From: Hyaloraphidium curvatum SAG 235-1 | Taxonomy: Eukaryota > Fungi > Monoblepharomycota | Length of the DNA stretch: 64,000 nt | NCBI GenBank assembly: GCA_025558095.1 | Contig: JAIVFI010000041.1 | Span: 186,001 to 250,000 of the forward strand | Direction: 5' to 3' | Shown: in pieces, positions 57,201 through 64,000 of the stretch | Position numbering within the stretch: position 1 is the stretch's first letter | Layout: the number at the start of each line of letters is the position of its first letter | Notes under the pieces: model-generated | The model's database searches: none | What the model was told of the DNA's origin: nothing | The model's input: only the letters and a program-made list of their open reading frames with translations | Translations under genes and position numbers: made by a program

Positions 57201-59290
57201 CAGCCCAAGCAGGGGCTCGAGGCGAGCGTCTACAAGGCCGGCATCCAGCCTGGGTACGTTTTGCTACTTGCGTGGGCGACCGATTGTCGCTTACTTTTCT
57301 TTCTTCATTTTCTTCATCCAGATTCCTCTTTATCATCGTCTTCCTCTCGTACATCGTCATCCAGTGCATCCTCCTCGGCGTTGCCGGCATCGGCTACGCG
57401 GTGGTGAAGCTGCTCCCCCGCTGGAAGCCCGAAAAGGCCGCCGCGTGCAAGGCCGGCGAGGTGCTCATCCGGCACCACCTCATCGGCTTCTCCGTGCGCG
57501 TCTGGAACGTCTTTTACGGCCCCATGGTCATGGCCGCCATGTTCCAGATGGTCTGGGGCTCCCGCAACGGCGCGCCGCCGCAGGTCTGGATCCTCAACGT
57601 GATCGTGCTCGTCGCCCTCTGCGTGGCCGTGCCCGGGTACATGCTCTGGCGCATCCTTCGCGAGTACCCCAAGGATGTGCTGTGGTCGCGCGAGGAGCTG
57701 CTGCTGCGCATCGGGCCGCTCTACAACACCTTCTACCCCTCAACGGTGGCGTTCGTGGTGCCGGCCATGATGTACAAGCTCGTGAGCATGTCGACAACGG
57801 GCGCGGCGTATTCGGCGGGGTGGGTGCAGGTGTCGATCCTCGCGGTCGCCGAGACGGCGTATCTGGCCGTGCTGTGGGTCATGTGGCCGAACCAGGACAA
57901 GAAGAGGTGGGTTGCTCCGGGTGGCGCGCTTTGGCACTGCTCACGCTGGCGTCGCCTTTGCAGGAACATCGTCGAACTCCTGGTCTCGTGCGCCCGCATA
58001 GTCAACATCATCCTCCTCATCTGCTGCATCCCCGGCGTCGGCGTGCCGCAGGAGGCGCGGACCAACATCTCCTGGGCCTCGCTCGGCATCACCCTCACCA
58101 CGGTGCTCGCCATGGGGCTCATGATGCTCTTCAACGTCGGCACCAAGGGCTACCTGTACATCACCCGGCGTATGACCATCAGCCGCTCGATGAAGAGGAA
58201 GATCGAGGAGATCCCTGAGCCTTCCGAGGGATCCGAGGGCGGCGACCGCTCGGCCGGGTCGTCGGAGCCTGCCATGGTCGCCGACGACGACTCGCAGCGC
58301 TCGTTCGAGATCGAGTACCCGCGGCCGCCCGTGCAGGATCGTCGCTCCCGCCGGCGGAGAGAGCAGCCCGAGATGGAGCAGGTGCGCGGCGGGGTGGACA
58401 TTTTGGATGCATACGCCGCGTCGGAACCCGGCGGGATCGGGGCCGAGGCCGCGCCGTACCCGGCCGTCGCCCAGCCCTTCCAACCACCGGCATCCTACGC
58501 GGCGCCGCCGTACGCGACGCAGGCGCAGCAGGCGCAGATGTTCAACGTCGGCACGAGGGCAATGAGCCCGTCTCCGACGGCGGCCTCTGCCCCCGTGGGC
58601 GGATCCCCGGTTGTGCGGGAGCCGACCAACGTCTACGCGCCGAGCCAGTTCAGCCAGACCCCGCTCACCATGGGTGGCATGCAGTACGTGGCGCGCTATG
58701 CGCCGCCGAGCGAGTTTGGCGGCAGCGAGCGCGGCGAGGTCGAGGTCGTGGGGACCGAAGGCGGGAGCGCGTTCGGGTCGCCCTTCCTCTCGCCCTCGGA
58801 GCGGATCACGGGCGTCAAGTACGCCCCCAGTGAGGCCGGTGTGTCGCGTTTGGAGGCGATTGGGGCGTACGACTATGGGCCCATGTCGCCCCGGCCGGAC
58901 GACCCGACGCCGATCCCGGAGCTGAACCTTTCGTCGCCGGTGGAGCCCGGGGACGTGTTCGGCAACTATGCCGCATCGGTCGTGACGAGTGCCGGCGGCC
59001 AGCCTGCGGGATCGGACCTCTACAACTTGTACGGCCGTTCGGAGCCGGGAACTCCCAGGGCGGCGCCTGTGGTCTCGCCCGCAGTCAGGCGGATCACTTC
59101 GACGTCGCGACCGACCAGCGCCGGCAGGACCGCGACCATTGGCCGCGCTGCACTGATGTCGCCGCCGCCGGCAGCAGGGACGCCCTCGGTTCCTGTGGTT
59201 TCGGTCGTGGCGACTTCCTCTGTGGCAGCACCCGCCCCTGCTCCTTCAGCGCCGGGCTCGTCGCCGCAGTCGCCCGCATCAGCGCGTTGA
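54204..59290 (+). CDS. ~1,600-aa cell-surface protein: Cys/beta-rich (ZP-like) ectodomain, Thr-rich stalk, FLC/TRP-like multi-pass domain, Pro/Ser-rich tail
   Basis: Signal peptide and introns 55429-55488, 55796-55870, 57254-57321, 57907-57963. Motifs GFMDIVSFSQYIFITG..NMGWTCG and IGPLYNTFY..AF resemble fungal flavin-carrier/TRP (PF06011-type) proteins. Confidence 0.75.
55709..55900 (+). repeat. coding poly-Thr microsatellite (ACG/ACC/ACA), interrupted by an intron
   Basis: (ACG)n then (ACGACCACA)n. The run continues after intron 55796-55870. Confidence 0.85.
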
Positions 59291-59380
59291 TACCTATCTA
59301 CGTGGTTGGTAATGTCTATGTCTGTCGTTGCAATGTGTATTGCTCGCAACAAAAGAGAGCGTTGAGGAAAGACCTGCTGC

Positions 59381-60093
59381 CTATTCCGCACAAGCCAAAT
59401 GGAGCCAACCTCCGCGGCTCGTCTTCTCTTTCTCCATAGCGTCATTTCCTCGCCTAGTGCTTCGCGGTCCGGCTGCAGCCTCCTTGCGGGCGATCCACTC
59501 GCCAACCGAAATCTCCTTGCCGCAAGCTGGGCAGTGCGAGGTCCCAAAGTGCGATCGGATGATCCGGAAGCCCCTCTTCTCCGCATCATTCTTCATCTTT
59601 TCGCGCTCAGTGCCTGCCGACCGCTCCCGTTCTTCCGTCTGCTGCTTCTGCGTCGGCAGGTCTCGCCGCCTCACGGCCCAGCCGCGACTGCGCACCTCGG
59701 CCCGCACGCCGTCGTCGAAAATGTCCATCCGTCCGATCGTGGGCTCTCCAAAGTGACATTCGTAAGGACTTCCGTACTCGCTGTAGATGATCTTCTTCTG
59801 CGGCGGGCTTATTGATAAGATGAGCTGAAAACGATGCGCAAGACTCGACTCACGCCGCTGACGTGCTCCTTGATTGCGCTCAAGAGCTCCTTCTTTGCCT
59901 TGCGAGGCGAGAAACGGCCCTCCGGCAGTGGGGCAAGCCGGAGCTCCAGCTCAATCGGAAACTCGTATCGTTCGTAAGCTTCCTTGGCCTCGTGGCCGAC
60001 GGACACCCGTTCCACCACAAAGTCCGACCCGGGCAAGACGGCGTCCTTCTCGGGAATGCCGAAACCGCGCCTGAAGGCCGCGGCGGATGGCAT
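59381..60093 (-). CDS. hypothetical protein with C-terminal PARP-type-like zinc finger, 2 exons
   Basis: Splicing joins ..EHVSG|KKIIYSEYGSPYECHFG. The C-terminus reads SHCPACGKEISVGEWI...WLHLAC. Confidence 0.65.
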
Positions 60094-60245
60094 GTTGGTG
60101 GGTGAAGAGGACGGTTTGGTGTCGGTTGGGTTCGGATGAATCATGCTTGATGAATCGGCGCCCCCGGGGCCTGGCGCACGGAAAGCGGGAAGCGAACGAA
60201 ACAGCATGTTTCAACGAATCAAACGCCAAGCACATGAATTCAACC

Positions 60246-62468
60246 TCACGACGACCACTGGAAGGCCTGCAACCTCTTCTCCTCCGGATCACCCGCCCAC
60301 CGCGCAAAGATGACCCCGTACCTGCACCCTTGCTCCAAAGTCCACCCTTCCCCAGGCTCATAGTGCTCGAAGCGCCTCCTTGGGAAGTCAAACTCGACCC
60401 TGGCCTCGCCTCCCGGGGGAAGCACGACCTTCCGAAAGCCTTTGAGCTCGCGCACCGCCCGCTCCAGTTTGGAGCCCTCGGCAAACACGTACACCTGCAC
60501 GACCTCGGCGCCCTCGCGCGTTCCCGTGTTGCGCAGCAGGACGTCGCATCGCACGTTGCCGTTCTCCGCCGAAAGGATCCGCGGATCGGACAGCTCAAAC
60601 GTCGTGTACGTGAGCCCGAATCCGAAATCGAACAAGGGCTTGTTGCCGTCCCGATCGAGCTTCCTGTAGCCATGGAACAGGTCGTATACGGCCGTTTCTG
60701 CGGTAGGATCGAAGTAAGGCAGGTGCTCGGCATCCTTGGGAATGATGACAGGCAGGCGGCCCGACGGAGCCGAGGCACCGGAGAGGATCTCCCCCAGAGC
60801 CAGCCCGCCTTTCTCGCCGGGATACCAGGTCATGAGCACCGCCCCGACGCTGTCGATCCAGCGTTCCATGAGCACCGTAGTGCCGGCTGTGACCACGACG
60901 ATCGTCTTTGGGTTCGCCGCCGCGCATTCGGCGATGAGCGCCTCGTCGGCGGACGACAGGTGCAGGTCCAGCACGTCCCCGCCCTTGCCGAAGCCGACGG
61001 AGAGCTCGTCGTCCGCGAACACGTCGGGCTTGACTTGGGTTGCGCCCCTGAGCTCTGCCCATGCAAGCGTCCCGAAAGACTTGAAGTCCTCCAGCGTGCG
61101 CGGGAGCGGGAACACCTGGGCCATCATCCCCGGCCCGACGTCGGGCTTGATAAACTCCCCTTCGTCACGCCATGTCCGACCGACGACGACGACCAGGGCA
61201 TCCGCAGCCTGCGCCGCATCTCCCGCGCCATCGAGGTCGTCCGAATGGGTCACGTTGGCCTCGCCGAACGCGGCCTTGATCCCTTGCAGCGGGACGACCA
61301 CCCTCGCTGGGTCCGGTCGCGTGCTGCTCGATCCTCGGTCTCCGAGATTCGGCACACGCGCAAGCCGGCCAACCACGTGGATCTTGGAACCGCGCGCGAG
61401 CGGGAGCAGATTATCCGAGTTCTTGAGCAGGACGGTGCCCGCGACGGCCGCTTCGGCGGCGAGGTCCTGGTGCGCCTTCTTCTCGGCGTCCGTGAGAAGC
61501 GCCGAGGATCCGCGGCCGAGGAATCGGAGCCGCTCCCTGACCACGCGCGCCGCGGCATCTTCCAGCCGCTCCTTGGACACCCGGCCCGCGCGCACGTCGT
61601 CCGCTAGGCTGGAAAACATGTTGCGCACCGGCATTTCGACCTCCAGCCCGGCATTGAGGGCCTCGTAGCCTGCGGTCCGGATACCGAAGACGAAGTCGCT
61701 GACGGTGAAGCCTTGGAAGCCCCACTCGTCCTTGAGCACGTCCGTCAGCAGGGTGCGGCTGCTCCCGCACCATTCTCCGTTCACGCGGTTGTAGGCCGAC
61801 ATGACCGACGCGACCTCGGCTTCCTTGACGATGCGCTCAAAGTGCTGCAGGTAGACCTCGTAAAGCGTCCTCTCGTCCGCGCGGACGTCGACCTTGAACC
61901 GCGAGTTCTCGATCGAATTGAGCGCGTAGTGCTTGGCGCATGCCATGACGCCCTCCTCCTGCACTCCCAACGTGCGCGCGATCCCCATTTCGGCCAGGTG
62001 GTGCGAGTCTTCGCCAAAAGTCTCCTGCGTCCTTCCCCAACCGGGGTGGCGGACCAAGTTCACGCAGACGCCGGCGAAAAAGTCGGCTCCCAACGCACGG
62101 CATTCACGCCCGATCAAGCGGCCGATACGCTTGTTCAGGTCGACATCGAATGTGGCACCACACGCGATCGCGGCAGGCAATGTTGTGCCCCCCGGCAGCA
62201 TGACCCCGCGGGGTCCGTCCGAGAAATGGATCGCAGACGCGATGCGAGCCAGGGCCGGTGGCAAGCCCGGCAGACCGTCGGGAATGGCGGCAAAGGGCCA
62301 AGGCGCGTCCGTGTAGCCGCCGAGGCCCATGCGCTTGACGCCCGGCCAGAACGCGGTCGACCCCGCGAGCAGATGTTGCAACACGTCCGGCGAGACGCCC
62401 GCGACGGCAGCGCGTGCTTCGCGGTCAAAGTCGCGTCCTGCCGTGTCCGGATCCGGCGAGGAGGCCAT
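60246..62468 (-). CDS. glycoside hydrolase family 3 beta-glucosidase (cytosolic, with fn3-like domain)
   Basis: FSDGPRGV, RHPGWGRTQETFGED, ACAKHYALN, VMSAYNRVNG, LKDEWGFQGFTVSDF (nucleophile Asp), VLLKN, FGFGLTYT, EVVQVY, ELKGFRK. Intronless, no signal peptide. Confidence 0.93.
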   Translation of the reverse strand: MASSPDPDTAGRDFDREARAAVAGVSPDVLQHLLAGSTAFWPGVKRMGLGGYTDAPWPFAAIPDGLPGLPPALARIASAIHFSDGPRGVMLPGGTTLPAAIACGATFDVDLNKRIGRLIGRECRALGADFFAGVCVNLVRHPGWGRTQETFGEDSHHLAEMGIARTLGVQEEGVMACAKHYALNSIENSRFKVDVRADERTLYEVYLQHFERIVKEAEVASVMSAYNRVNGEWCGSSRTLLTDVLKDEWGFQGFTVSDFVFGIRTAGYEALNAGLEVEMPVRNMFSSLADDVRAGRVSKERLEDAAARVVRERLRFLGRGSSALLTDAEKKAHQDLAAEAAVAGTVLLKNSDNLLPLARGSKIHVVGRLARVPNLGDRGSSSTRPDPARVVVPLQGIKAAFGEANVTHSDDLDGAGDAAQAADALVVVVGRTWRDEGEFIKPDVGPGMMAQVFPLPRTLEDFKSFGTLAWAELRGATQVKPDVFADDELSVGFGKGGDVLDLHLSSADEALIAECAAANPKTIVVVTAGTTVLMERWIDSVGAVLMTWYPGEKGGLALGEILSGASAPSGRLPVIIPKDAEHLPYFDPTAETAVYDLFHGYRKLDRDGNKPLFDFGFGLTYTTFELSDPRILSAENGNVRCDVLLRNTGTREGAEVVQVYVFAEGSKLERAVRELKGFRKVVLPPGGEARVEFDFPRRRFEHYEPGEGWTLEQGCRYGVIFARWAGDPEEKRLQAFQWSS

Positions 62469-62708
62469 CTTTGCCCAGATCTTGGCCCGTCCACTAGGAG
62501 CCCGATCGCGATCGCGTGCGCGCGTCGCGCCGCCGCGCCCAATCAACCTTCTGCGCTCCCAAAGACAAGCGAGGGCGAACCGCGAAGCAGGCGCAAGCTC
62601 CGCGACACACAGATTCCGGCGCGCACGTGCCTGGCCCCGACCCCGCGCCCGGACTGGCACGCGCGATCGCGGCGACCCAACTCGAATCAACGCCAACGGC
62701 GGGCAAAG

Positions 62709-63858
62709 ATGCCCAAAACCCTGCAATACAAGGAGTACATCAATTCCAACATCTTCCCTGGATCTCATTGGGCCGCGTTCGACGCGTACGAGTTCGCCGC
62801 CGTCGTCGAGAAGCTCGCCCTCCATCTGTGGCGCGCCTGCGACGCGCTCGAGCAGTATGACGCGCGGCGCGCGAACATTGCGCAGCGGAAGCGGATCTAT
62901 GACGCGGCCAAGGAGGTGACCACTGCCACTACTGGGCTTATCATGGTCCTCTCGTACTGCTGGGAAGATCCGGGCGACATCTACGAGGTTTTCGACCCGG
63001 ACTTCAAACGTTTCTTTCGGGGCGGCATTCCGGCCATCCGCGCGCCCGTCGAATTGGCGGAGAGCATTCTACTTGCCGTCTTCCGGATCCTTGGGCCGTC
63101 GCTGCGAAGGACCATCAAGCTGACCTGCGATCCCGCGCGCTGGACAGCGTTCGGCCTGGGCGACGTTCGCGGAATCTTTTCAATACAGGACAACGGTGAA
63201 CGCGTCGAAGCCGTGCGCAAGCTCGGAGCCCGGCTCGAAGGATCCATCTTCGATGAGGAAGTTACTGGGCCTTTCCTTTGGGCCGCCCTCGTCCTCCTCG
63301 ACCTCTCGGCCAAGGGGTCCGCCGTCCGCGCGCGAGTGTCCCTGGATGTGAAGCTCCTCGATAGCATCTGCTGGGCCCCGGCCGTCACGTGGTGCATTTG
63401 CGCGCTCGTCGACGGCAGCCTGACCCCGCAGAAGGCCGCCAAGTTCAAGGGGAATATCAACGGCCTCAACAACGTGAACGGGCCACACGTATCGTGCGGA
63501 TCTGCGCCATGGAGAGGCCGAAGAAGTTCGAGCTGCACCGGAAGAAGCAACTGGATGCCGGGAACGTGCCCGGCCTGGATGCCCTCCTGTGGTTGGTGGA
63601 CGAGTTCATTGACGTCATGGCAGACGAGTGCCGCCGCCCCCCGGGCTTGAAGTCCGCGGACAAAGGAACTGCGACCCTGGCGACTTGGAAGGGCCATTCC
63701 CGGGCTGCGACGGATGCTTGCAGCCGTGCAACAGCAACGTCCCTCTGTAGCGCTGCGGTCGGTGCCGCGTGACTTGGTATTGCTCCCCGGAATGCCAGAA
63801 GCAGGATTGGGCGGATGGAGGCCATAAGAAGTTTTGCTTCCAGTTTGCCAGCCGTTGA
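62709..63858 (+). pseudogene. probable MYND-finger pseudogene
   Basis: Coding-like signal changes frame near ~63490 and ~63705. The terminal frame reads CDGCLQPCNSNVPL*RCGRCRVTWYCSPECQKQDWADGGHKKFC, with TAG at 63748-63750. Confidence 0.7.
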
Positions 63859-64000
63859 TTGTGTAAGATCCGACCCCGCTCGAACAAGGAGTGAATCAAG
63901 GTCTGTTACGAGACTTTGTCAAGCTTGTTCGCGTCCGAGACCTCGTAGAGCTGGTCCTCGTGCGGGATTTGGTCTTGCTTGCCCGACCTTGCGACTTTGT

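Noticed and set aside
63748-63750. In-frame TAG as evidence of stop-codon reassignment or readthrough
   Set aside because: TAG ends several intact genes here (USP, mtlK, GDPD, Josephin), and nearby frameshifts favour pseudogenisation.

Overview
This is gene-dense, GC-rich eukaryotic DNA, not prokaryotic. Genes carry short GT..AG introns (mostly 50-130 nt) with CTGAC/CTAAC-type branch points. The gene content (GT71 mannosyltransferase, cytochrome b5-ACAD fusion, FLC/TRP-like protein, Frizzled-CRD GPCR, MYND proteins) points to an early-diverging fungus, possibly a chytrid or monoblepharidomycete; that placement is inference. I can support about 34 protein-coding loci, most needing manual splicing because the ORF track fragments them. 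I found no tRNA, rRNA, CRISPR array or recognisable transposon. The main points of interest are: (1) a 23-exon secreted Thr-rich protein whose 22 introns are all phase 0 and whose exon+intron units are tandemly duplicated; (2) a candidate gustatory-receptor-like 7TM ion channel; (3) a eukaryote-type opine dehydrogenase head-to-head with an MCT-like transporter; (4) intronless bacterial-type enzymes (mannitol dehydrogenase, GDPD, GH3); (5) a Frizzled-like GPCR next to a giant ZP-like/mucin/TRP-like surface protein; (6) a duplicated ~90-bp non-coding element carrying GGTGGCAAA+TGACG; (7) a MYND pseudogene. All family assignments come from motif recognition only, with no database searches run.
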